Source: Deltaproteobacteria bacterium | Lineage (GTDB): Bacteria; Bdellovibrionota; FAC87; UBA2466 | NCBI GenBank assembly: GCA_016196825.1 | Contig: JACPWY010000055.1 | Location: forward strand, 70-64,069 | DNA: 64,000 nt | Direction: 5' to 3' | In this document: one piece after another, positions 44,306-54,764 of the stretch | Position numbering within the stretch: the first letter of the stretch is position 1 | How the letters are laid out: every line of letters starts with the position of its first letter | The notes under the pieces: model-generated | The model's input: only the letters and a program-made list of their open reading frames with translations | What the model was told of the DNA's origin: nothing | Databases searched by the model: none | Position numbers and translations under genes: made by a program

Positions 44306-45613
44306 ATGATGACCACGGACCAGATAGGTGAAATCAGAAAGAAGCATTTTCTGCACACGACGGTGCACTACTACAAAAAGCCCCTGCAGCTCGTAAAAGC
44401 GAAGAACCAGTATGTCTTCGACGAAACGGGGCGACAGTATTTGGATTGCGTCGGCGGCATCGTCTGCATCTCGGCGGGCCACAACCACCCTCGCATCAAG
44501 GCCCAGCTCAAGAAGATGCTCGACGAGGATGAGATCCAGCACACCTCAACGCTTTATTTTAATCCGCACGCGGCCGAGCTGGCGGCTCGTCTCATCGAAG
44601 AGGCCCCACCGGGAGTGGATCGCGCCTTTTTCACCAACTCCGGCAGCGAGGCCAATGAGCTCGCGTTTCTCGCCGCCCGTCAGGCCACAGGCGAGACGAT
44701 GATCGTGAACCTGCGCCACAGCTACCACGGCTGCACATCCGGCGCTCTTTCTTCTTGCGGCCACAACACGTGGCGATTCCGGAGCCAACCCGTGACGGCC
44801 GTCACCTCCGCGATGGAGCCGTATTGCTATCGGTGTCCATTTGGAAAAGCTCCAAGCTCATGTGAGTTGGAATGCGCGAAAAACGTCGAGACAACGATTC
44901 AGACCACGACCCACGGGAAAATAGCGGCGTTTATCGCCGAGCCCGTGATGGGCGTGGGCGGATTCATCACGCCTCCAGCTGACTACTTTCCCGAGGTCAC
45001 CAAGATCGTCCACAAGTATGGCGGCAAATACATTAGTGACGAAGTCCAGACAGGCGCCGGCCGGGCCGGGCAGACCGTGCTGCTCACCAAGGATCTTGAG
45101 ATCGATGCCGACATGGTGACGATGGCCAAGGGGCTTGGCAACGGCGCCCCCATCGGAGCCACCCTCATGAAGAGTGACATCGCTGAAGCGATGTCGGGCA
45201 AGATGATGTTCAATACCTTCGGCAGCGACCCCTACCAAGCCGCACAGGCCAAGCTCGTGCTCGACATCATCCACGATGAACACCTCATCGAGAACGCCCA
45301 GACCGTCGGAAAATACCTGATGGACAGCCTCAAGGGGCTCATGAAGACGCACCCGCTCATCGGCGATGTCCGAGGCCGCGGCCTCCTTCTGGGTGCCGAG
45401 CTGGTAAAAGATCGCACGACTAAGGAATACGCCACCGCCGAGACGTCCGAGCTGATGGAGCGTTGCCGGGACAAGGGGGTGCTCATCGGAAAGGGTGGCC
45501 TGTTCGGCAACGTCATCCGCTTTGCGCCCCCACTCACCTTCACCCGAGCCAACGCCGACGAGCTCCTGAAGGCTATAGACGAGGGACTCTTCGAAATCGA
45601 GAGGAAGCAATGA
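44306..45613 (+). CDS. class III aminotransferase (beta-alanine/omega-amino acid--pyruvate or 2-oxoglutarate aminotransferase)
   Basis: PLP fold-type I class III pattern: ...FTNSGSEANELA..., DEVQTGAGRAGQ, and the lysine region TMAKGLGNGAPIGA. ATG 44306 is preceded by AAGGGGA. The stop overlaps the next start (ATGA). Confidence 0.8.
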   Translation: MMTTDQIGEIRKKHFLHTTVHYYKKPLQLVKAKNQYVFDETGRQYLDCVGGIVCISAGHNHPRIKAQLKKMLDEDEIQHTSTLYFNPHAAELAARLIEEAPPGVDRAFFTNSGSEANELAFLAARQATGETMIVNLRHSYHGCTSGALSSCGHNTWRFRSQPVTAVTSAMEPYCYRCPFGKAPSSCELECAKNVETTIQTTTHGKIAAFIAEPVMGVGGFITPPADYFPEVTKIVHKYGGKYISDEVQTGAGRAGQTVLLTKDLEIDADMVTMAKGLGNGAPIGATLMKSDIAEAMSGKMMFNTFGSDPYQAAQAKLVLDIIHDEHLIENAQTVGKYLMDSLKGLMKTHPLIGDVRGRGLLLGAELVKDRTTKEYATAETSELMERCRDKGVLIGKGGLFGNVIRFAPPLTFTRANADELLKAIDEGLFEIERKQ

Positions 45614-46887
45614 GTCTCAAGACGGAATTCCTCGGCTTTGAACTCGAGAATCCGTGGTGCCTCGCCTCAGCTCCGCCGACTGCCACAGGAAAGCTCATGA
45701 GCGATGCTTTTGAAGTGGGCTGGGGAGCGGCCATTATGAAGACCGTGGGCCCGGTGGAAGAGCCCATCATTAACGTCGCTCCCCGCATCCACACCTATAA
45801 AAAGTGGAACCGTGAAATTGCGATGCAAAACATCGAGCTCATCACCGATCGCAAGCTCTCGGTCTGGCTCGAAGAGCTCAAAGTCCTTAAGAAGCGATAC
45901 CCCAAGAAGATGGTCATCGGCTCGATCATGGCCCCCGGCCATGAAATGGACGCCTGGGCCCGCCTCATCGAGGAGATGAACCGGGTCGGCTGCGACGCCA
46001 TCGAGCTCAACCTCGGCTGTCCCCACGGCATGCCCGAAAGAGACATGGGTGCTATCTGCTCCCAGGACCCTGAGATCGTCTACAACATCGTCTCCACCTG
46101 CAAGGGTGCAAGCAAGGTTCCCATCCTCACCAAGCTCACGCCGAACGTGACTAATATTAAAGTCATGGCCGCCGCCGCCAAACGCGGTGGCACCGATGCG
46201 ATCACGGTCATCAATACGGTGAACGGCATCATCGGCGTGGACGTCTACTCGCGAAAACCCCACCTTTCGGTGAACGGCTATACCGCTGTCGGCGGCATCT
46301 CAGGTAACGCCGTAAAGCCCATTGGCTTGAAATGCGTCGCCGAGTGCAAGCAGGCGACAGAGCTTCCGATCTCCGCCACCGGCGGCATCACCACATGGTC
46401 CGACGGAGTCGAATACCTCATCATGGGTGCAAGCCAACTCCAGCTCTGCACGGAGGTGATGATCCGCGGCTTTAAGATCATCTCTGGGCTCAATCAAGGC
46501 ATTGAAAAGTACATGACCGAGATGGGTTACACGTCGATAGATGAGGTCAAAGGGACGCTCTATAAAAATATCACGTCATTTGATTACCTTCTCAAACAAA
46601 GCCACTCCGAAAAGGTTCGCGTTAACGAAGAGACCTGCACCGGCTGCAACATCTGCGTCGTCGCCTGCCGCGACGCCGGCTACGACGCCCTCAAGCTGAA
46701 AGGCGTCCCCGCCCACGATCGCACCAAAGGAACTCGCAATGTGGCCGACGTCATCGTAGATCACTGCACGGGCTGCAACCTCTGCGTCGCCGTCTGCCCA
46801 GTGCCAGAATGCATGAGCCTCTACGACTCCCATGAACAATTCCCTTACGACCTCCACACCAGCTACGCACAGAATACGTTAACGTAA
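45610..46887 (+). CDS. preA: dihydropyrimidine dehydrogenase PreA-like subunit (DHOD-like TIM barrel + two 4Fe-4S ferredoxin motifs)
   Basis: N-terminal dihydroorotate-dehydrogenase-like barrel (LASAPPT..., IELNLGCPHGM, GGITT). C-terminal CTGCNICVVACRDAG and CTGCNLCVAVCPVPEC. ATG 45610 overlaps the upstream stop. Confidence 0.75.
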   Translation: MSLKTEFLGFELENPWCLASAPPTATGKLMSDAFEVGWGAAIMKTVGPVEEPIINVAPRIHTYKKWNREIAMQNIELITDRKLSVWLEELKVLKKRYPKKMVIGSIMAPGHEMDAWARLIEEMNRVGCDAIELNLGCPHGMPERDMGAICSQDPEIVYNIVSTCKGASKVPILTKLTPNVTNIKVMAAAAKRGGTDAITVINTVNGIIGVDVYSRKPHLSVNGYTAVGGISGNAVKPIGLKCVAECKQATELPISATGGITTWSDGVEYLIMGASQLQLCTEVMIRGFKIISGLNQGIEKYMTEMGYTSIDEVKGTLYKNITSFDYLLKQSHSEKVRVNEETCTGCNICVVACRDAGYDALKLKGVPAHDRTKGTRNVADVIVDHCTGCNLCVAVCPVPECMSLYDSHEQFPYDLHTSYAQNTLT

Positions 46888-46937
46888 GGGGCCAGTCGCC
46901 TTCCAATATTGAAAGGTGCCGGGTCCTAGAAATGACC

Positions 46938-47297
46938 TTAATAGGGAACGCGAATATCCGGCCATTTCCGGGAGAAGTCCTTCGTATTCCGAGTGACCAA
47001 CACATACCCGAGGCGCTCCGCAGTGGCTTTGATGATTGCGTCGGGAATTCTCATCTTAAACTTCCTACGAACTCGGACAGTTTCCTTCGCCATTTCACCA
47101 TCAATCGCGTGAGTCTTGAAACGGCTTAGAAACCCGGCAAGCTCGATCTCCTCACGACCACTTCGAGCCCCGACCAAAATTTCGATTTGTGTGATGATAC
47201 TAATGTGCAGTTCATCGTAGCGCTCAAACTCCTCCTTCGAACGCCGGTCGCCGTTCAGGTAGTCAATCAAGATATTGGTGTCAAAAACGGCGTTCAC
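46938..47297 (-). CDS. vapC: PIN-domain toxin VapC
   Basis: MNAVFDTNILIDYL... carries the PIN N-terminal Asp. The later acidic residues and TRNTKDF are also present. Length 119 aa. Confidence 0.75.
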   Translation of the reverse strand: MNAVFDTNILIDYLNGDRRSKEEFERYDELHISIITQIEILVGARSGREEIELAGFLSRFKTHAIDGEMAKETVRVRRKFKMRIPDAIIKATAERLGYVLVTRNTKDFSRKWPDIRVPY

Positions 47298-47521
47298 TTT
47301 TTTTCCCAGTCCTTCCTCAGTTTCTTTTCATAAGCCAGGGAGTCCACACCCCGTCCCTTCCACAAACCGAACGAGGCGTCCTTCGGCAAGCAATGGGGGG
47401 ACTCCGCGAGAAACAGGGTGATAGCCCTTCGAATGGCCTCAGCCCGCGAAATGGACTCTTTCGCGCAAATCTCAGCGAGCTGCTTGATTATCTTCTCCGG
47501 AATGTCGATGAGAGTCTTCAT
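47294..47521 (-). CDS. vapB: ribbon-helix-helix (CopG-like) antitoxin VapB
   Basis: 75 aa. ...ISRAEAIRRAITLFL... is RHH-like. There is a 4-nt overlap with vapC. Confidence 0.6.
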   Translation of the reverse strand: MKTLIDIPEKIIKQLAEICAKESISRAEAIRRAITLFLAESPHCLPKDASFGLWKGRGVDSLAYEKKLRKDWEKK

Positions 47522-47615
47522 TCATATAGTATATCTATATATAATATGCTTTTCAAGCTGGATGGAGTTTTCAGCAGTAGGCGTAATTGCCGAAATTGTC
47601 CTATAGAATAATCAC

Positions 47616-49055
<1,440 letters not shown>

Positions 49056-49061
<6 letters not shown>

Positions 49062-49865
49062 ACGCTGCCGGCGAGTGTGGGTCAAACACCCGACCTGCAC
49101 GATCATGCTCGCACTAAAGAAAAACACATTGCACATGGCCGCTCCAAACGCATGGATGGCGCTAGTCAGTCCGAGTGCCGCTAGGAAAAACACCCGCCTG
49201 TGGCGTGGCCAAAACCACCAGGCGACTAGCACAGCGCCAAGCGCCGCCTCCCCAATCACCCCCATCCACGCCAAGATCGCGTTGTGCGAAAGCGCCGCTA
49301 TCCACTGACGGTACAGGTCCGGAAACCACCAGTCCCGCGCGGTGGCCAGATAATTCTGTCGCACGTACAGATCCCCCCCACTCAAAAACTCAGTGTTCAC
49401 CTTCATCAGCGCCGTCGACAGATAAATCCAAGCCGTCTCGATCACAAACACGTCACGTGGCCAGATCCTGACCGCCTTCCCACGGTCCGCATTGGAGCAC
49501 TCACTCTGCGCCAGCAGAAAAACACTCACACAGTAGTAAAGAAAATCATTCAGCGGAAAAATATACGCCTCAAGCCCCCGCGCCAGCAGCGCCCCCACCG
49601 CAAACCACCGCGCCCGCCACCCAATCAGCAAACCCACTTCGCAAAATATCACCCCCAATTGCGATAACTGGATCGCCCGGTGAAAAGTCTGGTCCGGCAC
49701 CAGCCACAAAACACCCTGCGTCCCGCCGTAAAAGAGATCCATCAGATCATAAGTCAGCCACACGAGCGCAAAACCAATTCGCAAAGCAATGTAGGGATTG
49801 TGGTCCGTGGTCTCCCCCACCCAGCGACGCCACCGTTCAACCACAGGGCACCTCCTCCTCGGCAT
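49056..49865 (-). CDS. hypothetical integral membrane protein (HTTM-like?)
   Basis: 269 aa with several hydrophobic helices. There is no confident family assignment. Confidence 0.4.
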
Positions 49866-50238
49866 GGGTGCCGTCTGGCGAGAAGCAATGGAATTTCACC
49901 CGGTGCCGCGCCTCCGGCGAACTCCTCAATCGACACACCAGCTGCCCCACCGCGTGGTAGTCGCGGGCGGTGTCATAGATGATGTCCCACTCAAGAGACG
50001 TGCCGAATCGCCGAAGCGAAGAAAACTCCCCAAGCTCGGTCGCAACCGGCGGATCCCAGCTCAACTGGCAGCGCTCCACCCGAGTGGCGAACATGTCCCA
50101 CGAAAAGGCCACCCGTCCAGGCGGCGCGCCGAAGAGCCGAAAGCCCCTCTCAAACTGCAGGCGGGTGGAGTTCAACTGGAGCACCACAAGCCCCCCCACG
50201 AGCACCGCCACATACACTGGAGACGCCAAGAATTTCAT
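49837..50238 (-). CDS. hypothetical secreted protein
   Basis: Internal ATG gives MKFLASPVYVAVLVGGLVVLQ. The track start at 50259 would extend into the palindromic element. Confidence 0.4.
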   Translation of the reverse strand: MKFLASPVYVAVLVGGLVVLQLNSTRLQFERGFRLFGAPPGRVAFSWDMFATRVERCQLSWDPPVATELGEFSSLRRFGTSLEWDIIYDTARDYHAVGQLVCRLRSSPEARHRVKFHCFSPDGTHAEEEVPCG

Positions 50239-50241
50239 TGA

Positions 50242-50380
50242 TTTAAGAGCGCATTGCAAAATTAACCCCTACTCGGTCGGATAAAATGGCCAGGCCCTTC
50301 GTCCTCCGCGTTCGCGTCCTCGGTCCTGGCCATTTTATCCCTCCCTCGCTCACGGGGTTAATTTTGCAATGCGCTCTAAA
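50242..50380. repeat. nested imperfect palindrome. The outer 24-bp arms agagcgcattgcaaaattaacccc / ggggttaattttgcaatgcgctct sit 2 bp inside the stated ends. The inner 16-bp arms are ggataaaatggccagg / cctggccattttatcc. The core is a GC-rich direct-repeat (gtcctccgcg..gtcctcggtcc).
   Basis: Direct reading of 50242-50380. The two arm pairs are exact reverse complements. It lies in the divergent intergenic region between 49837-50238(-) and 50436-50879(+). Confidence 0.75.
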
Positions 50381-50435
50381 TTATATACCGAGTCAGCCTT
50401 GAAAGTCCGTTCACCCGTTTGCTATAGCCTCATGC

Positions 50436-50879
50436 ATGAAAACCACCCTCATCGTCACAGGCCTTCTCTTCCTTTCGCCCACACTCTTCGCCACCGAGGA
50501 TAAAATCCTCGGTCCCATCGAGGCTATCGAAAGAACGGTGGTCGTCGATCCCAAGAAGTGTCTTGAAAACCTCAAGATGACCGTAGAGGTCGGGGGCGGC
50601 GGCGGGTGGGGCTACGCAATCCAGGTGGGTCAGTGCGAGATCACTTTCGAAGACGCCGACCGCATTCTTCAATCCGACAAGATCGAAAAGCCATTTCCAA
50701 GCGCTGGCCCTATCGGAACCCAAGTTTCTCTCGGTGTCGATGGCAAGAGCTATCACATCAGTGTGAGATTCCGGAACGAAGGCTTCAAGGATAAGACCGA
50801 CACGGCCAGAGGTCTCATTCTCAACTCCGTCCCCCGACAGACTTTTCTCGTGAATGCGATTCGCGTTATCGCGCAATGA
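50436..50879 (+). CDS. secreted hypothetical protein
   Basis: Signal peptide MKTTLIVTGLLFLSPTLFA. Length 147 aa with a poly-Gly loop. No known motif. Confidence 0.5.
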   Translation: MKTTLIVTGLLFLSPTLFATEDKILGPIEAIERTVVVDPKKCLENLKMTVEVGGGGGWGYAIQVGQCEITFEDADRILQSDKIEKPFPSAGPIGTQVSLGVDGKSYHISVRFRNEGFKDKTDTARGLILNSVPRQTFLVNAIRVIAQ

Positions 50880-50892
50880 CGCCGATGGTGGG

Positions 50893-51222
50893 CTACAGCA
50901 GGCGAATTTGTTTATTGATGCGCTCTACGTCAGACTCAACACGCTCTTGGCGGGAGATAACAGCTGCGAGGCCGTCGAGAACGATACGATTCTCGTTGCG
51001 CTGCTCCTCCATAAGAGAGGCCACACGATGAATTTCACCGGTGAGGCCCTCAATTTTGGATTCTATCCCCGCAAATCGAGCGTCCATCCTTTTGCCGAGA
51101 GATCGAATGTCCGCTTTGAGCTCACTTCGGATCTCTTTGACCAGCCCAACCGATGCTGGGGCGGAAGAACGAGTGATGTGTCTCTTTTCCATCAGGCATT
51201 GATAGCCACGAACGTGAGCCAA
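50893..51222 (-). CDS. hypothetical coiled-coil protein
   Basis: 109-aa ORF. Weak. Confidence 0.25.
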   Translation of the reverse strand: MAHVRGYQCLMEKRHITRSSAPASVGLVKEIRSELKADIRSLGKRMDARFAGIESKIEGLTGEIHRVASLMEEQRNENRIVLDGLAAVISRQERVESDVERINKQIRLL

Positions 51223-51402
51223 ATCAAAGGGAAATGCGTCATGAAATATGGGTCCCGATTGTGGACTCGCAAGTGGGAATTCCGGACCGCAAGTAAACTT
51301 ATCAATTCCGCAAGCGGTAGGAACCGGTCAGCCGCGACAGCCAGCCGGCACGCGCGCTTTCAAGAAATGAATGATTAAAGAGCAACTCAGGCTCTCCCAA
51401 AA

Positions 51403-52548
51403 TCAGCGAAAATCCTGCACCTGGACTCGAGACAAGAAAATCGGATCCGCGATGAAACGGTTGTAGCGCTCCAAGGATTGCATCGATGTATCCAGGGCAA
51501 AGTTATTGTCAGGGCCGCCATTCTCCGAATGGAAGTGGTAGTAGTTGATCGCCTTTATCTGTGGGTACCTTCCACCGATAAACGCCCGCAACGCCCCTTC
51601 GATCCAGTCGGCCTTGCCATCCGGCACATGAGGCTTTTCGATTACGCCCCACTCCGACAGGATCACCGGCCGCGTAGCTGAAACAGCCGTGAGCTCGGCC
51701 CACCTGGCATCGAGCGTCTCGGTGAAGGGCCCCCACCAATCCCCCTGCAATTGAGCGCCATACACCGTGATGCCGAGCCAATCGATGTAGTCATCGCCCG
51801 GGTAATAAAACTTCAGATTATTCCATGGCATTTCCGGAATCGGCTGGGAATCGCCATGAAACACCCAAGTGATGTTGTGGGCGTGCTCCTGGCGAAACAA
51901 CGCAACGATCCTTTGAAACGTGAGCTTGAATCGTGTGGGCCCGGTCGGAACCGTCTGTCCCGCCCAGATCATCGGCGTCTCGCCGCCATTGGAATCGCCG
52001 CTCCATTGAAACCATTTCCCATTACACTCGGGGCCAAATTCCACCATCAGAGCCGCGTTCGTCGCCTTCGCGTCCCGCGCCCACTGCCGAATCTCCCCGT
52101 CGAAATCGCCCTTCACAAACCGCTCGAGTGAAAACACGGGATCCGTGCCAGTGAACACCTTCCTCGTGCTCCTCGGCAGCATACGAATGAGCGGCGTCTT
52201 CCCCTTTATGAGAATCTCCCGGATGGGGGCATCCGGAAATCTGAACCCATCCACGAAATCATTATCAAAGGAAACGAAAGCAAGCGGCCTCTTCAGCATC
52301 CCCTCGATCTGATCGATCTTTTCTCCCACCCCCTCGAAGACCCCATCGGCGATGTCCGGATAGACTCCGTGATAGATGCCATTCGGCGAGGGGACGACCT
52401 TCACGCCCGAACTCACAACCGAAAGCATCGGCTGCGCCACCAACCCCGGAGGTTGCGCAGCGCAACACGAAAGGCTCAAAACACCACAAACCCACACCAA
52501 TCGGAGCCAAAATGACCTCATGACCGCCACTCCCCACGGAATTTGCAA
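51403..52548 (-). CDS. glycoside hydrolase family 26-like (beta-mannanase type), secreted/lipoprotein
   Basis: GH26-like blocks: MVEFGPECNGKWFQWSG, YYPGDDYIDWLGITVYG, ILSEWGV (catalytic Glu pair context). The N-terminal signal has LSLSCC. Confidence 0.6.
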   Translation of the reverse strand: MQIPWGVAVMRSFWLRLVWVCGVLSLSCCAAQPPGLVAQPMLSVVSSGVKVVPSPNGIYHGVYPDIADGVFEGVGEKIDQIEGMLKRPLAFVSFDNDFVDGFRFPDAPIREILIKGKTPLIRMLPRSTRKVFTGTDPVFSLERFVKGDFDGEIRQWARDAKATNAALMVEFGPECNGKWFQWSGDSNGGETPMIWAGQTVPTGPTRFKLTFQRIVALFRQEHAHNITWVFHGDSQPIPEMPWNNLKFYYPGDDYIDWLGITVYGAQLQGDWWGPFTETLDARWAELTAVSATRPVILSEWGVIEKPHVPDGKADWIEGALRAFIGGRYPQIKAINYYHFHSENGGPDNNFALDTSMQSLERYNRFIADPIFLSRVQVQDFR

Positions 52549-52714
52549 TTCGCGTGCCTCCGCGCAGACTCAAACCCATGAGCAAAGCATCGGTGACATT
52601 TACATCTGCTAAACCACCGCTCTCTTTGACTTTACGACGACAACCACCTCGGCCATCACAGTCACGGGAACCTCGCGCGCGAACCGAGTCTTAAGCAGCG
52701 GCACGCTTCACGTA

Positions 52715-52924
52715 GTGAATAACCTCGCGAGCAGCTCCTGCGATTTTTCCGCAACCGACGTGACCTGGGCGTCCACCTGCAACTGTCCCGTCTCTGGAAG
52801 CTGGACCGGCACGTGCTCCGACGGCAAGACCGCCACAGTCACGATCGTCAGCTGTGGGTACGGCACCATCGACATCGGCTCAGACACTCAAGGCCTGACG
52901 TTCGATCGTTGCTACAGCCTGTAA
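52715..52924 (+). CDS. small Cys/Ser/Thr-rich peptide (69 aa, 7 Cys), possible secreted or modified peptide
   Basis: GTG start. MNNLASSSCDFSATDVTWASTCNCPVSGSWTGTCSDGKTATVTIVSCGYGTIDIGSDTQGLTFDRCYSL. Strong GC third-position bias consistent with coding. No obvious SD or signal peptide. Confidence 0.3.
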   Translation: MNNLASSSCDFSATDVTWASTCNCPVSGSWTGTCSDGKTATVTIVSCGYGTIDIGSDTQGLTFDRCYSL

Positions 52925-52930
52925 CCGCTA

Positions 52931-53311
52931 TCAATTCGAAACCGGCTGCAGGGCCTTGGGCTGGAGCCAGCCCGTGACAGCAGTGCCGTCGGGTTTTTGA
53001 AGATTGATCCAGCCGCTCTGCTTCTTCGCAACGACGTAGATTTCTCCCTTTTTCACTTGTCCCACCACTTGGCTGCCCACCAAGAGATCGGTGTCTTCCA
53101 CGATTGAAACCTGATCACCAACCTTGAAGGTGAATTGAATCGTGTAATAGTTGCCCAGCGAATAGCTGGCCGTCTTTTCTCTGAGACTGCGTTTCACGAT
53201 GAGTCCGACGTAGGCCTTGGTGCCGAGCTTTAGGTAATCGACATTGATTCCCAGTTTTCCCATCTGAATTTGCACGCCCTCTTTGCCGGCGACCAGGGCT
53301 TCGGGGGGCAC
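52931..53311 (-). CDS. hypothetical protein
   Basis: 126-aa ORF (GTG start). The upstream in-frame extension has no canonical start. Weak. Confidence 0.3.
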   Translation of the reverse strand: MPPEALVAGKEGVQIQMGKLGINVDYLKLGTKAYVGLIVKRSLREKTASYSLGNYYTIQFTFKVGDQVSIVEDTDLLVGSQVVGQVKKGEIYVVAKKQSGWINLQKPDGTAVTGWLQPKALQPVSN

Positions 53312-53634
53312 AGCCGCGTCGTAATGGACCTTGTAAGCGCCAGCCTCCTGCGTAAAGTATTTGAGGGCGACCGAAGTCGAAAGAACATCGGAGACGTGGG
53401 AGGCGTCATCGATCGTAACAGTGGTAGTTTCAATCTCAGACCTTCAGAGCTGCAAGAGGTGCGCCAACCGTTTCGCGCAAGAACGTCGCGTCAACCTCAC
53501 GAACTCTGGTTCCCCTTTGACACCACTTCACGCCACGCCAGTAGATCTTACCCTGCGCCGCGTGCTAAAATTCAGCTGTGCAATCAGCGCTTGCAAAAAA
53601 GTGTCGTCAGGATCTTATCGAACTGTGCAGAAAA

Positions 53635-53742
53635 ATGTCGCCCGCCGAACGACTTGAGGCGTTTCTCAATCAGTCTAAGACCCTAGCGGAGATTGCCTTG
53701 CAGGGTGAGACCGATCGAAATCGGAAAGCGAACAAACGATGA
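53635..53742 (+). CDS. possible 35-aa leader/partner ORF translationally coupled (ATGA) to NTase-like gene
   Basis: ATG 53635 gives MSPAERLEAFLNQSKTLAEIALQGETDRNRKANKR. Stop TGA 53740-53742 overlaps the ATG 53739 of the next gene. Confidence 0.25.
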   Translation: MSPAERLEAFLNQSKTLAEIALQGETDRNRKANKR

Positions 53743-54302
53743 CAGCGGGCCCGGGGCAGTCCGCGCAGCTCCTCCTGGAAGTAGTGCCTCTATTGGACCG
53801 GTTGGCCATTCCTCACGCAATCGTGGGTGCACTCGCTGCCTCCTACTTCGGTGTCGTGCGAGGAAGTCTAGACGCCGATGCGATTATTTCAGTGAGCGGT
53901 CCCACCACACGGATCGATCAGCTGGTACTTTCACTCAAGAAGCTTGGGCTTTCAGTAAGCTTACGGATGGGAGACCCATCCGATCCGCTCATTGGGGTGA
54001 TTTCGCTCGAAGATTCTCACCACAATCGTGTCGATCTGATTCTTGGCATACGAGGAATGGATCCCGCTGCATTCTCAAGAGTCGTCGAGACCAGCCTACT
54101 CGGATCGACGATCCGGATCATTGGGATCGAGGATTTCATAGCAATGAAACTCTTCGCGGGCGGCCCAATCGATCTCAATGACGTCCGCGGCGTTCTTGAG
54201 ATTTCCCGCTCAATGATCAAAATGGATCTCCTCAGACAACTCGCAATTCATTTTGGCCCACAGACGCGCGCCTCTCTCGAAACTCTCCTCACAGAGAAAT
54301 AG
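53739..54302 (+). CDS. nucleotidyltransferase-fold protein (putative)
   Basis: The N-terminus IVGALAASYFGVVRGSLDADAIIS resembles the minimal NTase G[SG]...[DE]xD motif. Length 187 aa. Confidence 0.4.
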   Translation: MTAGPGQSAQLLLEVVPLLDRLAIPHAIVGALAASYFGVVRGSLDADAIISVSGPTTRIDQLVLSLKKLGLSVSLRMGDPSDPLIGVISLEDSHHNRVDLILGIRGMDPAAFSRVVETSLLGSTIRIIGIEDFIAMKLFAGGPIDLNDVRGVLEISRSMIKMDLLRQLAIHFGPQTRASLETLLTEK

Positions 54303-54326
54303 GGCCCCGTACTCACAGCACTAGAC

Positions 54327-54764
54327 TCACTCCCCGATATCCTCATTCCACAGCTCGGGGGAGCGCACTATAAATACGCGCATGAGCTCGATGCAGCGGG
54401 AGTCATCGACAATCGTCAGCTCCACGCCGCGGCTTTTCACATAGTCCTCCGGCCCCTGGAACGATCGGTTCTCACCGATCACGATGCGGGGGATCTTATA
54501 AAGCAGCGCCGTTCCGCTGCACATGTCACAGGGCGAAAGCGTCGAGTAAAGAACCGCGTGCTGATAGTCGCGCGCTTTCAAGCGGCCCGCGTTTTCAAGA
54601 CAATCCATCTCAGCGTGCAAAATCGAGCTTCCCTTTTGCACCCGGCGGTTGTGACCACGCCCCACAATCTTTCCGCCGAGGACCAGCACCGACCCAATAG
54701 GAATGCCGCCCTCTTTCAGACCCAGCTCCGCCTCTTCAATAGCCGCTTTCAAAAACTCGCTCAT
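54327..54764 (-). CDS. cytosine deaminase, Fcy1/yeast-type (CDA fold)
   Basis: Collinear with Fcy1: EEAELGLKEGGIPIGSVLV...GRGHNRRVQKGSSILHAEMDCLENAGRL...LYSTLSPCDMCSGTALLYKIPRIVIGEN...RGVELTIVDDSRCIELM...WNEDIGE. Zinc ligands HAE and PCxxC are present. Confidence 0.85.
   Translation of the reverse strand: MSEFLKAAIEEAELGLKEGGIPIGSVLVLGGKIVGRGHNRRVQKGSSILHAEMDCLENAGRLKARDYQHAVLYSTLSPCDMCSGTALLYKIPRIVIGENRSFQGPEDYVKSRGVELTIVDDSRCIELMRVFIVRSPELWNEDIGE

Noticed and set aside
46888-46937. Rho-independent terminator after preA (ccttccaatattgaaagg).
   Set aside because: The stem is only partly self-complementary and no T-tract follows it. It was left uncalled.
45610-47615. A PreT (GltD-like NAD(P)H-binding) subunit adjacent to the PreA-like gene.
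   Set aside because: The only genes between preA and the permease are a VapBC pair. No 400-aa FAD/NAD-binding ORF is present in the operon.
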